Below are positions 11,102-21,173 of a DNA stretch of 64,000 nucleotides, one piece after another; position 1 is the stretch's first letter; each line of letters opens with the position of its first letter. The stretch is from an uncultured Gammaproteobacteria bacterium. GTDB lineage: Bacteria; Patescibacteriota; Patescibacteriia; UBA9934. The stretch covers positions 7,687 to 71,686 of the forward strand of contig CAZREA010000001.1 in assembly GCA_964599455.1 (NCBI GenBank), written 5' to 3'. Under the pieces are notes generated by a model that saw only the letters and a list, made by a program, of their open reading frames with translations, did not search any database and had not been told where the DNA came from. The position numbers and the translations under genes are program-made.

Positions 11102-12145
11102 ATGTCCAAAGACTATTACAAAATTCTCGGTGTTGAAAAAAATGCTTCGCAAGATGATGTGAAGCGTGCGTTTCGCAAATTGGCACATGAACATCATCCG
11201 GATAAAGGGGGAGATGCGGAGAAGTTTAAGGAATTTAATGAGGCGTACCAAGTGCTGGGTGATACCGAAAAGCGTCAACGATACGATCAATTTGGCAGTG
11301 CCGATGGTCCGCAGGGGTTTGGTGGTGGCCAAGGATTCCCGAATGGATTTGATCCGTCGATGTTTGGTGATTTAGGCGATATCTTCGGCGACATGTTTGG
11401 TATGGGTGGTGGACGACGTCAACGCCAGTCTCAAGGAGAAGATTTGATGACCGAGATGACGATCTCTTTTAAAGAAGCGGTTTTTGGTATTGCAAAAGAA
11501 GTACCTATTACCAAATCACTACACTGTGCGCGTTGTGGCGGTGTGGGTGCGGAGCCTGGCACGAAGATGAAAACGTGCGACTCCTGTAAAGGAAAGGGCG
11601 TGACTATGCATGTGCAGCGAACGATTCTTGGTTCGATGCAAATGCGTGTTCCGTGTGCAGACTGTAATGGACGAGGTGAAAAACCTGAAAAGATTTGTAC
11701 CGAATGTCGTGGAGAAGGCATCGTTCGTGCACGAAAAACACTCAAGGTAAATATTCCTCCCGGAGTTGAAGACGGGGTGCAATTGCGGTTGCGTCATGAA
11801 GGTGAGGCGGTACAAGGAGGTGCGGCAGGAGATTTGTATATTTTGTTACATGTGACGCCTGATGCTCGTTTTCGTCGTGAAGGAACGACGGTTTACTCGA
11901 CAAAAGAGATCGGTTTTACGCAAGCAGCATTGGGCGATACGGTGACGGTTGACGTTGTTGACGGTAAAGTTGAAATGCAGATTCCCCAAGGAACGCAAAG
12001 CGGTGATGAATTGCGTTTGAAAGGAAAGGGTGTGCCTCATGCACGTGGTCGAGGTGATCACATTGTGGTGGTGAAAGTAAAAACGCCGACGAAGCTTGGT
12101 CGAAAAGAAGCTGATCTCATGAAAGAGCTGAACCATCGTTTATAA
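11102..12145 (+). CDS. dnaJ: Chaperone DnaJ (J domain, G/F region, four CxxCxGxG zinc repeats, C-terminal domains)
   Basis: HPD motif in YYKILGV J domain; CARCGGVG, CDSCKGKG, CADCNGRG, CTECRGEG repeats. Confidence 0.95.
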   Translation: MSKDYYKILGVEKNASQDDVKRAFRKLAHEHHPDKGGDAEKFKEFNEAYQVLGDTEKRQRYDQFGSADGPQGFGGGQGFPNGFDPSMFGDLGDIFGDMFGMGGGRRQRQSQGEDLMTEMTISFKEAVFGIAKEVPITKSLHCARCGGVGAEPGTKMKTCDSCKGKGVTMHVQRTILGSMQMRVPCADCNGRGEKPEKICTECRGEGIVRARKTLKVNIPPGVEDGVQLRLRHEGEAVQGGAAGDLYILLHVTPDARFRREGTTVYSTKEIGFTQAALGDTVTVDVVDGKVEMQIPQGTQSGDELRLKGKGVPHARGRGDHIVVVKVKTPTKLGRKEADLMKELNHRL

Positions 12146-12150
12146 CCATT

Positions 12151-13179
12151 ATGGATAAGAAATCCGCGCTTCCTTTGGTGATGATTGCGACAGGCATTCT
12201 GAGTGCTTTTGGTGTCGCTGCATATGTACGGCGCGATATGGTGCAAGATAAGGACAGTGTGGATGCATCGCAACCGTTGTACATGACCACCATGACGCAC
12301 ATGGAAAGTGCGTATAAAGATGATGTAGACGAAGAGCTTTTTCGTCGCCATGCGGCTGATATTCGTCGTACCGCTGAGCTGTTTGATGATTATGGAGCGA
12401 AGCTAGATATAGAATCTGAGCAGCCCTTTGCTCGAGCAAACACGATTTGGAATGACAATGTCCTTGCTTGGCTCGTGGAGCACGGCCATGGTGTGGGCAC
12501 GCATGCAGATTTTGGTGCTACAGGCATGAAGAATGAGGCTATTGCCATCGCTGCCTTTAAAGAAAATAAACAACTTGTTGATGACTTGGTTGGTGCTGAA
12601 CATAATCAAGGTGTGTCCGGTGGTTTGGGTCCATACGATTGGGTACAGGCGGCGCATGATGCGGGATTTGCCTATAGCAACGGCATTGTCGGGTTTGGCT
12701 ATCTGGCCATGCCCGAATCGGCGCGTCCTGATGGTTGGACCGATGAATATATTCGCCAAAATACCTATCACGATCCAGCGCCGGTGAGTCTTGAGGATCG
12801 TATTCACCCGCTCTTTTTGGCAAATGCTGATGATTTTGTGGAAGATGAAGGAGCGACATTTGTTGCCTTGACCGGTGAGTTTGGCGAACTTGCCAGCTTG
12901 GCGGAAGGACGAAGTAATTGCTTTCCTCGCTGTGAGTTCAATGAAGATGACATCGAGGCCTTTGTAAAAATGCTCGACGAAGCCATTTTGCTGCATAAAA
13001 ACCATTCCGATCGCGTCGGTCATATCAACGTACACATTCCCATGCAACTTTTCACGCAAAAGAATGCAGCAATGCTCGAAAAGTTTCTTATCGCGGTTCA
13101 GGAATATGTTGATCGAGGTGATATTGTATGGGGAACGCAGCAGGAGGTGTATGAAGCGGTAATGGAAGCGAGAAATTGA
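12151..13179 (+). CDS. Hypothetical N-terminally membrane-anchored protein; possible carbohydrate-esterase/hydrolase-like fold
   Basis: ORF track; N-terminal TM helix; conserved His/Asp-rich stretches, but no family motif I can name with confidence. Confidence 0.45.
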   Translation: MDKKSALPLVMIATGILSAFGVAAYVRRDMVQDKDSVDASQPLYMTTMTHMESAYKDDVDEELFRRHAADIRRTAELFDDYGAKLDIESEQPFARANTIWNDNVLAWLVEHGHGVGTHADFGATGMKNEAIAIAAFKENKQLVDDLVGAEHNQGVSGGLGPYDWVQAAHDAGFAYSNGIVGFGYLAMPESARPDGWTDEYIRQNTYHDPAPVSLEDRIHPLFLANADDFVEDEGATFVALTGEFGELASLAEGRSNCFPRCEFNEDDIEAFVKMLDEAILLHKNHSDRVGHINVHIPMQLFTQKNAAMLEKFLIAVQEYVDRGDIVWGTQQEVYEAVMEARN

Positions 13180-13227
13180 TTTGTTGTTATGAAGTAAGTT
13201 ACTGTTGTTCACGAAGTGTTAAGAATC

Positions 13228-13310
13228 AGACAGACCCTGACGCCAGGAAGGGTCTAGCAAATGACTGTGACAAAGGAATGTTTTAGGCCCCTCCTGGCGT
13301 CGGGGTCTGT
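13228..13310. repeat. Palindromic MITE/REP-like element, family GACGCCAGGAGGGGCCTAG. Near-perfect 27-bp inverted arms (CAGACCCTGACGCCAGGAAGGGTCTAG / TAGGCCCCTCCTGGCGTCGGGGTCTG) separated by about 25 bp.
   Basis: Direct sequence comparison with copies at 22259-22480, 34423-34496, 38471-38507 and 52183-52258. Confidence 0.7.
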
Positions 13311-13324
13311 TCTTCTTCGTTCAT

Positions 13325-14704
13325 ATGCCTCTCTCCCTCTACAACACCCTCACTCGTTCTCAAGATACGTTTCATCCGATGAAACCTGGTCATGTTGGGC
13401 TTTATTCCTGTGGGCCAACAGTTTATTTTCGACCAACGATTGGTAACTATCGTTCGTTTTTATTTGCGGATACATTGCGACGCGTGTTGGAGGCGAATAA
13501 TTTTTCCGTAACACATGTCATGAATATTACCGATGTAGGGCATTTGGTCGGTGATGGTGATGATGGTGTTGATAAAGTACAAATGTCGGCAGAAAAAACC
13601 GGAAAAACTGCTTGGGATATTGCCGCTGAATACACAAAGATTTTTTTAGACGACATTCGCGCACTCAATATTGAAATGCCCCATGTCATGCCGAAGGCTA
13701 CGGATCACATTGCAGAACAAATCTCCATGATTCAAACAATGGAGGAGAAGGGTTTCACGTACCGCACGTCTGATGGAATATATTTTGACACTGCAAAACT
13801 GCCAACGTATGGCAGACTTTCTGGACAGAAGAGTGAAGAAAAAGAAGAAGGTGCACGTGTTGCGATCAATCCAGAGAAGCGAAATTCAAGTGACTTTGCA
13901 TTATGGAAATTTTCACCAGAAGATGCAAAACGTCATATGGAATGGGATTCTCCATGGGGAAAAGGTTTTCCTGGTTGGCATATTGAGTGTTCTGCGATGT
14001 CTGAAAAATATCTTGGCGTACCGTTCGATATTCACACCGGTGGTATCGACCACATTGCGGTACATCACGAAAACGAAATTGCGCAGACGATGGCGGCACG
14101 TGGTGTTTTGGAAGCAAATGTTTGGATGCATAATGAGTTCTTACTTATCGACGGCGGCCGCATGGGTAAGTCGCTTGGTAACGCATATACACTAGATGAC
14201 CTCACTGCAAAAGGTATCGAATTAATCGCATATCGACTATTCGTTCTCGGAGCACATTATCGATCGCAATTAAATTTCACCTGGGAGTCAGCACAGGCAG
14301 CACAAAATGCGTACGAAAAACTTTGTGATACGGTGCGCGAATGGGATCAGCCTTCCGTTATCGATCAGAAGTCTCTTGAGCGATTCATGGAGCGTGTGAA
14401 TGATGATTTGGATACTCCTGGAGCACTGGCGGTGATGTGGAATCTGGTGAAGGATGAATCCTTATCGACTGCTGTTCGCGCCGCAACACTTTTAGCAATG
14501 GATAAGATTTTCGGACTTGGTCTTGAGCAGATAATTGCAACGCCGATCATGATTCCTGATGAGCTCCAAAAGCTTCTTGATGAACGTGCGCAAGCTCGTC
14601 AAAACAAAAATTGGAGCGAATCGGATCGTCTTCGCGATGACATTGCTGCTTTAGGTTACGAAGTAAAAGACACGGCCGATGGCCAACGTGTGCGACGTGT
14701 TTAA
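13325..14704 (+). CDS. cysS: Cysteine--tRNA ligase
   Basis: Class I HIGH-type motif in CGPTVY context and KMSKS-type RMGKSLGN; N-terminal LYNTLTR typical of CysS. Confidence 0.95.
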   Translation: MPLSLYNTLTRSQDTFHPMKPGHVGLYSCGPTVYFRPTIGNYRSFLFADTLRRVLEANNFSVTHVMNITDVGHLVGDGDDGVDKVQMSAEKTGKTAWDIAAEYTKIFLDDIRALNIEMPHVMPKATDHIAEQISMIQTMEEKGFTYRTSDGIYFDTAKLPTYGRLSGQKSEEKEEGARVAINPEKRNSSDFALWKFSPEDAKRHMEWDSPWGKGFPGWHIECSAMSEKYLGVPFDIHTGGIDHIAVHHENEIAQTMAARGVLEANVWMHNEFLLIDGGRMGKSLGNAYTLDDLTAKGIELIAYRLFVLGAHYRSQLNFTWESAQAAQNAYEKLCDTVREWDQPSVIDQKSLERFMERVNDDLDTPGALAVMWNLVKDESLSTAVRAATLLAMDKIFGLGLEQIIATPIMIPDELQKLLDERAQARQNKNWSESDRLRDDIAALGYEVKDTADGQRVRRV

Positions 14705-16449
14705 GAGCGATGTTTTTCTTCGAGACGTTTGTGTTGTTCTGTGAAGAATCCTTTTTCTTTTCCGGTTTGTAGACCTGCGTCAAGCATGGCGTCTATTTTA
14801 TAGTCAATTCCTTGTTGTAGTGATGTTCTCCAAGCATGCAGGGGTCCATCTTCATCTTTTTCTAATGCCACAATTTTTTTTGCAGCCAGATCAAGCTCGA
14901 TTGCTTTGTCCCAAAGAGTTTCCATTTCTGAGGTGGATCGCATGCCAGTGTCTGGATCAGGGAGACCATCTTTTAAATCGGTAACGATATAGGTATTATC
15001 AAGATTTTTTATACTTGATCCCACAACGAGCGTTTGATTGCCAAATTCTACATAGGTTTGCGCGAATACATGGAGTGCTTCAACGGCTGCTTTTTGTGTT
15101 GGACGTGAAGCGTCTGCAAGGTCAAGCGCTCTGATGACACCCAGGGCAACGACAGATGTATCATCGAGATACCCCTCATAAATCGCTTCCCGTTCTTCAT
15201 GATAGCTATCGGGCAAGGTATCAAAATCATGATGAATGAGTTGAGCAAAGCTACCAGCAATAGTGAGCGTGGGTTGTACAAGTACGCCACCGCGTAATGC
15301 TTGACCATATAGCTTCAATTCTTCTTCAGAGTAACCGCTCACTGCCGCAAGAATGCTTCTTCCTTCTTTGTGTAAACCATATTGATTACCATACAATGCC
15401 TGACATCGGAATACATCAACAACCGTTTCCTGCACACCTTCTTCAGTTGCCATAGCCTTGCCACAATCTTCCATCATGCTTTGCAGCGGTCCGTTTCTTT
15501 CCGCTAATTCTTTGGTGAAGGCACGATCAATTTCCAAAAGCGCCTCAGCTCGCGTTTCTTGATGTCCATCAGCAAAAGTGAGAATGTCATTTTCAGAAGG
15601 GAGTTCAAAGGTAAAGCCCATTTCTTTGCCCCCAGACTCGAGCGGGGATATCTTGCTGACTTCATGGATGATTTCCGCCGTTCTCTCATTTCGTTCCGCA
15701 CGTCGTTCAACGCTCTGTGATGCAAGGAGAGGAATACCGATAAACGCGCTCGCCAATAATAAAGGCTTTGCCAACGGTGAAGATGTTATGCGATCTAAAA
15801 GTGAACGCCAAGATGAAGAGGATTTTGCTTTTTCAATTACCGTAGGCGACAAGGTATCTTTTTCTTGCTCTTCTGATCTTCCAATGATCTCTTTCGGAGG
15901 ATTATCTAACAGTAAGGGTTCTTGTAAGATATGAACAAATGTTTCTTGCGAAGGAAGAGGGGGAATTTCTTTTGCAGACGGATCTTCGGTAGTCGCTTCA
16001 TGTGATATCTCTTGTTCTGAAAATATCTCAGATTGCCCGGTTGCTTCCTGACGTTCATGCTGACCTTGAAGTTCTATGAGTTGTTTGCGTAACCGATCAC
16101 GGCTTGTTTTACGCCCGATGTCGAGAGCGACAATGAGATGACGTAAAGATCCGAGTTCTTTTTTCATCGTCGTGGCTTTTTGTTTGGCTTCTTGCCACTG
16201 TGTTTCGGTTTGATTGGCGACTGCACGAGCTTGAGATTCTGTGTGAAAGGTTTTTGTATCAGCTCCGGGTCGCACGATATTTCTCACTTCCCGATTGGCT
16301 TTGGTAAAGGCGTTAAAAGCAGCATCTGTTTCATCAAGGATATCGATATAACGAAGCATACGTTCCTGTTCTGCGATCGACCAGGACGTGGGATTGGGAT
16401 CCTTTTCTTGTACTGCTCGTTCAAGACCAGATGGCAGCAGAAATTCCAT
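14701..16449 (-). CDS. Hypothetical large protein with a central TM helix (coiled-coil N-terminal part, globular C-terminal part)
   Basis: ORF track; convergent with cysS. Confidence 0.45.
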   Translation of the reverse strand: MEFLLPSGLERAVQEKDPNPTSWSIAEQERMLRYIDILDETDAAFNAFTKANREVRNIVRPGADTKTFHTESQARAVANQTETQWQEAKQKATTMKKELGSLRHLIVALDIGRKTSRDRLRKQLIELQGQHERQEATGQSEIFSEQEISHEATTEDPSAKEIPPLPSQETFVHILQEPLLLDNPPKEIIGRSEEQEKDTLSPTVIEKAKSSSSWRSLLDRITSSPLAKPLLLASAFIGIPLLASQSVERRAERNERTAEIIHEVSKISPLESGGKEMGFTFELPSENDILTFADGHQETRAEALLEIDRAFTKELAERNGPLQSMMEDCGKAMATEEGVQETVVDVFRCQALYGNQYGLHKEGRSILAAVSGYSEEELKLYGQALRGGVLVQPTLTIAGSFAQLIHHDFDTLPDSYHEEREAIYEGYLDDTSVVALGVIRALDLADASRPTQKAAVEALHVFAQTYVEFGNQTLVVGSSIKNLDNTYIVTDLKDGLPDPDTGMRSTSEMETLWDKAIELDLAAKKIVALEKDEDGPLHAWRTSLQQGIDYKIDAMLDAGLQTGKEKGFFTEQHKRLEEKHRS

Positions 16450-16616
16450 ATAGTCGTATTTTATCGCACTTCAGCGATTTCTTACGGAAGTCTTGCACAG
16501 GGTCTTGGATATTTTTGGCTAAAAATAAATAAAAAATCCCTGATTCTTCAATCGGGGATTTTTTAAGCACTCGAGTTAATAATAGCAGAAAAATGGGCTT
16601 TTGTCCATGTTTTTGC

Positions 16617-17480
16617 TCACAGCCATGACAAATTGAGCGTTTCTTTCCAATTGCCGCCTGTACTGCGCAAAAGCTGCGGATAGTCGAAGAACTGGGTGCC
16701 AAATTGGGATTTAAAGCGGGAAAAGCCTTGCCAACTTTCAGGCTCTCCCGGCGTCCAAAACAAGCCAAAATCCAAAAAGTGGATACCGACTTGCTGAGCG
16801 CGTACAAACCACCAGGCCATCAAACCAGTGCCCGCATCTACTTCTCGACCAGTGGGTGTACAGCACGAGACATGATGCAGTGAGGCTGATGTTTCGGGAA
16901 TATCAATGCAGGCAAAGGCCGCTTCGTACACCTCGCTCTCTTTTGGGCGCGCACCAACAATATGCACGAGTTCGCCGTGACCAACCATCTTTTCGGCCAA
17001 CATACCACAGAAGGCTTTTTTATGATCAGGTCGTAAGGTCGATCGACCTGAGACCTCGTAATACTGATGCAGCGTAATTGGTTCAATAATCCACCCCTGC
17101 TTTAACCAGTTTTTGTAATGACGAATAGCATGGGTTTGCCAATGTTGGGTGATATCTCCTTCGGGAACAATCGCAACACCGGTTCGGCTTTGATGAATAG
17201 CAAGTTTTGACAAAGTCCAGCCTGGCGGGATGTCTTGTCGGGTCAATCGCTGCCAGAAGATCATGCGCTTCATGCCCTCGGGTAAGGGCTTCGGTTCCTC
17301 GTCGCTGACATATCGACCAAAACCGCATGGTCCATAATTCCAGGTTACGCCTGCACAGGTAGGCGTGCCCACTAGTCGAAAATTCTTGCCTCGCCCTCGG
17401 GCATCGCGCTCTAAAAAAGCGGGATGACCGAGATGTTGTTGGTAACCATTCATGTTATTTTTTTTCTTCGGTTGTGGCAA
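16617..17480 (-). CDS. Possible FemAB-family / GNAT-fold aminoacyltransferase-like protein
   Basis: C-terminal GFSRFKSQFG motif resembles the conserved FemAB/MprF-C (G..FK..FG) signature; weak. Confidence 0.35.
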   Translation of the reverse strand: MPQPKKKNNMNGYQQHLGHPAFLERDARGRGKNFRLVGTPTCAGVTWNYGPCGFGRYVSDEEPKPLPEGMKRMIFWQRLTRQDIPPGWTLSKLAIHQSRTGVAIVPEGDITQHWQTHAIRHYKNWLKQGWIIEPITLHQYYEVSGRSTLRPDHKKAFCGMLAEKMVGHGELVHIVGARPKESEVYEAAFACIDIPETSASLHHVSCCTPTGREVDAGTGLMAWWFVRAQQVGIHFLDFGLFWTPGEPESWQGFSRFKSQFGTQFFDYPQLLRSTGGNWKETLNLSWL

Positions 17481-17910
17481 CGCTAAATCCCCGATTTACA
17501 CAGCCCGAAGCCATGAAAAGAGCGCTACCTGCGAGTGCGGCATCTTTCAAAAGTCCCATAAGCGACATTTGACCGCCACCGGCCAAGAGTCCAGGAAGAT
17601 GAATGATGAGTACAAACAGTCCAAGTTCAACGGCTAACAATGTTGCTGCCAATTTTGCGTATCGATTGATAACAATGGCGATGGCGCTCAAAATCAATCC
17701 TGCTCCTGAGAGATACACAAAGAAGAGCGGTGCGGGCCAACCGGCGAGCATACCCGTCATCATTTGGCCGTTGATAAAATGAAAGATACCAAAAATAAAG
17801 AGGGGAGTAGCAAACAGCCATCGTCCAGCCATTTGCAATTGCCCGTCACGACCTGCGCTGGGACCACAACCACACGAACCTTTCTCTGCACAGCATGAGC
17901 CATTCATCAT
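17455..17910 (-). CDS. DoxX-like small integral membrane protein (start uncertain; could be 17832)
   Basis: Four hydrophobic helices, length and topology like the DoxX/SURF4 family; the upstream Cys-rich stretch may be non-coding. Confidence 0.4.
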   Translation of the reverse strand: MMNGSCCAEKGSCGCGPSAGRDGQLQMAGRWLFATPLFIFGIFHFINGQMMTGMLAGWPAPLFFVYLSGAGLILSAIAIVINRYAKLAATLLAVELGLFVLIIHLPGLLAGGGQMSLMGLLKDAALAGSALFMASGCVNRGFSVATTEEKK

Positions 17911-17964
17911 AAAAAAGATGTTAAAATATACCTGGTTAATACGATAGCATGCTATACTTTTTCT

Positions 17965-18441
17965 ATGCCAGATGCCCGTGTGAATCCTGTGCGTGTCGAG
18001 CAACCCCCTCTTCCCGAGCAAGGAGAGGCTGTTTTAGAAAAATCTGATGAATCTTTAGAGCATGTATCAACCCGGAGCAAAAAAAAGAAGCCCCGTGCAA
18101 GCGATATTTCTCAACAAATTGCCGTTGCGCAATCCATCGCCCCTTCTGTTGTTGATAAGAAAGATGAAACATTGCAACGCATTGAGGAGATTTTAGCCGA
18201 AGACCTTGCTCCAACCTTCAAAACGCTTTCTGTGGAACAGCGAAAAAAGTTTAAGGAAGAAGGTGAGCGAGTAGCGCTTTTTATTCGTGATAGTGTGCGG
18301 CAGGGAAAACTTCATGCGGCGCAGGTTCTTCAACGCATTCAACGATGGTTTTTGTTGATCGTCGATAAAGCACGCAGCTATTGGTGGCTGACGCAAGAGG
18401 CCTATAAAAAATCACGCAAAATCATGGTGACGTTCTCCTAA
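17965..18441 (+). CDS. Hypothetical Lys/Glu-rich protein immediately upstream of the P-loop ATPase
   Basis: ORF track; 10-bp gap to the next gene suggests co-transcription. Confidence 0.35.
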   Translation: MPDARVNPVRVEQPPLPEQGEAVLEKSDESLEHVSTRSKKKKPRASDISQQIAVAQSIAPSVVDKKDETLQRIEEILAEDLAPTFKTLSVEQRKKFKEEGERVALFIRDSVRQGKLHAAQVLQRIQRWFLLIVDKARSYWWLTQEAYKKSRKIMVTFS

Positions 18442-18451
18442 CATTTCTTTT

Positions 18452-21040
18452 GTGGCCAAACAAACTTCCTCTTTTGATCCCGCGGCAGTTGCCTACAGCG
18501 AGAGCTTTGCCTATGACCAGGTTTCTCCGCTCATTCCTTTTCTTTTTTTGACGATTATTGTTTTGATAATCGGTTGGACGGCCTTATTTTTTATTCGCAA
18601 GCGTGCAGCCGAGGCCCGACGATTGGGTGGCGGCGATGATGCGCCGGTCACGCTGCGCATCATGTTACCAAAATTTTCAAACGAAGAAGATGCACGTGCG
18701 CGTGAAGTCCAGCAAACAACAAAAGAAAAAATTGGTGTTGCCGAAACACTGTTTGCGGCGTTTGGGGGCTTGAAGCCTGCACACGGACTCAAGCATTGGT
18801 TATTGGCACATGAAGATGTGTTTGCACTTGAACTTGTCGCGCATCAAAAATTGGTTACGTTTTACGCAACGGTTGCAAAAAAACATCAACACTTTTTTGA
18901 ACAACAAGTGCACGCCCAGTGGAGTAGCGCGTATATTGAAGAAGTGGATGATTACAATATCTTTTCTCCCAAGGGCGTGATTGTGGCGGGGTATATTATT
19001 CAAAAACGGGAAAGTGTTTTACCGATTAAAACATATAAGGATTTAGAGGCCGATCCATTAAATGCGCTCACCAATGCGTTGTCGCAAGTTGCTGATGGTG
19101 ATGGCGTGGTGGTGCAGTATATTTTGCGACCAACCCATGGTCATTGGCGTGAACTTGGTCAAAGAATTGTGCGCAACATGCATGCCGGCTTAAGTTTTTC
19201 GCAAGCAAAAAAAGGGAAACCAAGCCGAGGACTTTTAGAATCAAAAGAGGATTTTGACAAACGTGAGGCAAAACTTCGTGAACATAAACTTTCGGCGCTC
19301 GAAAATAAGATGCTTGAAGGCATTGAACAGAAAATTTCCAAAGCGGGTCTTGAAGCCAATATTCGGGTGGTTGCTTCGGCGCAAACTGCCGAGGCCGCAC
19401 AGGCGTATTTGGGGAATGTGTTGCAGGCATTTGGCCAATACAGTATTTACGAATATGGGAATAGTTTTGATAAACATATCCCTTCGTCAAAAAAGGAGAT
19501 TCTCAATAACTTTATTTTCCGTCAATTTAGCAAGAATCATCGCCTTATTTTAAATACCGAAGAGCTTGCGAGCTTGTGGCACCTGCCGCTGCCGACAACC
19601 GAAACACCGAATATTGAGTGGCTGCTCGCCAAAACTGCACCTCCACCAACAAATACGCCGTCAACCGGCCTTCATCTTGGTTTTAATGCCTATCGTGGCA
19701 AGCGAACCGAAGTCTTCATGAAGGAAGCTGATCGTCGTCGGCACATGTACATCATTGGTAAGACCGGTTCGGGTAAATCGGAGTTTATTAAAAATTTGGT
19801 GGCACAAGATATTAAAGAAGGCAAAGGTGTCGGTGTTATTGATCCGCACGGTGATTTGGCTGATGGTATTTTGGAACTTATTCCCAAAGAGCGTGTTGAT
19901 GATGTTGTCTATTTCAATCCATCTGACATGGAATATCCGATGGGGTTGAACATGCTCGAGGTTCCGCTTTCGGAAGAAGATGCCAAGCTTGATCCTGAAG
20001 AGCAACGCAAAATTCTTGCCAATCAACGCGATTTTGCCGTGCAAGAAATGATCAATATTTTCTACATGTTGTTCCCACCGGAAATGATTGGTCCGATGTT
20101 CGAGCACAACATGCGCAACTACATGCTTACGTTGATGGCTGATCCAGAGAATCCTGGTACGATTGTGGAAATTCCGCGCATGATTGCCGATGAAAAATTC
20201 CAAAAGCAATGGGTTTCCAAGGTTACCGATCCGGTGGTCAAATCCTTCTGGGAAGATGAAATGGCCAAAACATCCGACTATCACAAGAGTGAAATGATGG
20301 GCTACTTGGTTTCGAAAGTCGGTCGTTTTGTAGAAAACGAAATGATGCGCAATATCATTGGTCAAACCAAGTCTGCCTTTGATTTCCGTAAAATCATGGA
20401 CGAGAAAAAGATTTTGTTGGTCAATCTTTCCAAGGGTCAAACCGGTGAAGTAAACGCATCGCTCTTAGGTTTGATTATCGTTGCCAAGTTACAGATGGCG
20501 GCTTTCCGTCGTGCCGATATTCCTGAAGAAAAGCGTCAGGACTTCTATCTGTATATCGACGAGTTCCAAAACTTCATCACCCCCTCAATCGCAACGATTC
20601 TTTCTGAGGCACGTAAATATCGTCTCGACCTTATCATGGCTCACCAGTACATGGGTCAGTTGGTCAAAGATGGCAAGAGCGAAATTCGTGATGCCGTGCT
20701 TGGTAACGTGGGTAGTACGTTTGTGGCACGTGTGGGTCCTGAAGATGTGGAAGTGCTCGGTAAAATTTACGAACCCGTGTTTTCGAAATTCGATTTGATG
20801 AACACTGATAAATTTACATGGAACGTCAAGCTGATTATCGACAACGCCCAAGAAAAGCCATTTACCATGAAGGCCTACCCGCCAATCAAGGGAAATGCGC
20901 GTGTGGCCGAACTCTTAAAAGACATTTCGCGTTTGCAATACGGTCGTCCACGTGAAGAGGTTGAGAAAGATATCCTTGAACGCGCTGGTTTGAATAAGAA
21001 AAAGGAGATCGCCATGCCCGCACCTCCGCCGGTGTTTTAA
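18452..21040 (+). CDS. Membrane-anchored P-loop NTPase of the VirD4/TraG/TraD coupling-protein or HerA/DUF87-like class (862 aa)
   Basis: N-terminal TM helix; Walker A IIGKTGSGKSEF followed by IDPHGDLADGI; Walker B YIDEFQNF; EARKYRLDLIMAHQ arginine-finger/Q motif typical of the FtsK-HerA-VirD4 superfamily. Confidence 0.7.
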   Translation: MAKQTSSFDPAAVAYSESFAYDQVSPLIPFLFLTIIVLIIGWTALFFIRKRAAEARRLGGGDDAPVTLRIMLPKFSNEEDARAREVQQTTKEKIGVAETLFAAFGGLKPAHGLKHWLLAHEDVFALELVAHQKLVTFYATVAKKHQHFFEQQVHAQWSSAYIEEVDDYNIFSPKGVIVAGYIIQKRESVLPIKTYKDLEADPLNALTNALSQVADGDGVVVQYILRPTHGHWRELGQRIVRNMHAGLSFSQAKKGKPSRGLLESKEDFDKREAKLREHKLSALENKMLEGIEQKISKAGLEANIRVVASAQTAEAAQAYLGNVLQAFGQYSIYEYGNSFDKHIPSSKKEILNNFIFRQFSKNHRLILNTEELASLWHLPLPTTETPNIEWLLAKTAPPPTNTPSTGLHLGFNAYRGKRTEVFMKEADRRRHMYIIGKTGSGKSEFIKNLVAQDIKEGKGVGVIDPHGDLADGILELIPKERVDDVVYFNPSDMEYPMGLNMLEVPLSEEDAKLDPEEQRKILANQRDFAVQEMINIFYMLFPPEMIGPMFEHNMRNYMLTLMADPENPGTIVEIPRMIADEKFQKQWVSKVTDPVVKSFWEDEMAKTSDYHKSEMMGYLVSKVGRFVENEMMRNIIGQTKSAFDFRKIMDEKKILLVNLSKGQTGEVNASLLGLIIVAKLQMAAFRRADIPEEKRQDFYLYIDEFQNFITPSIATILSEARKYRLDLIMAHQYMGQLVKDGKSEIRDAVLGNVGSTFVARVGPEDVEVLGKIYEPVFSKFDLMNTDKFTWNVKLIIDNAQEKPFTMKAYPPIKGNARVAELLKDISRLQYGRPREEVEKDILERAGLNKKKEIAMPAPPPVF

Positions 21041-21046
21041 GGAAAT

Positions 21047-21168
21047 ACAGATTTACACAGATCGAAAAGATTAAGACAGATGACATACTGTGGAAGAGGG
21101 CCTGTAAAGCAAGATGTTTCTCTGCTACCTTTTGATCCGTCGTATTTTATTGATTTGTGTAAATCTGT
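21047..21168. repeat. Intergenic element bounded by ACAGATTTACACAGAT (21047-21062) and its inverse ATTTGTGTAAATCTGT (21153-21168). Fills the whole gap between the ATPase stop and the dnaX start.
   Basis: Direct sequence comparison with the 3105/3301 pair and the 55809 copy. Confidence 0.55.
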
Positions 21169-21173
21169 GTCCT

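Noticed and set aside
13261-13446. 61-aa ORF (MTVTKECFRPLLASGSV...) overlapping the palindromic repeat and the cysS start
   Set aside because: It is the translation of the repeat element itself. It overlaps the well-supported cysS N-terminus and has no independent support.
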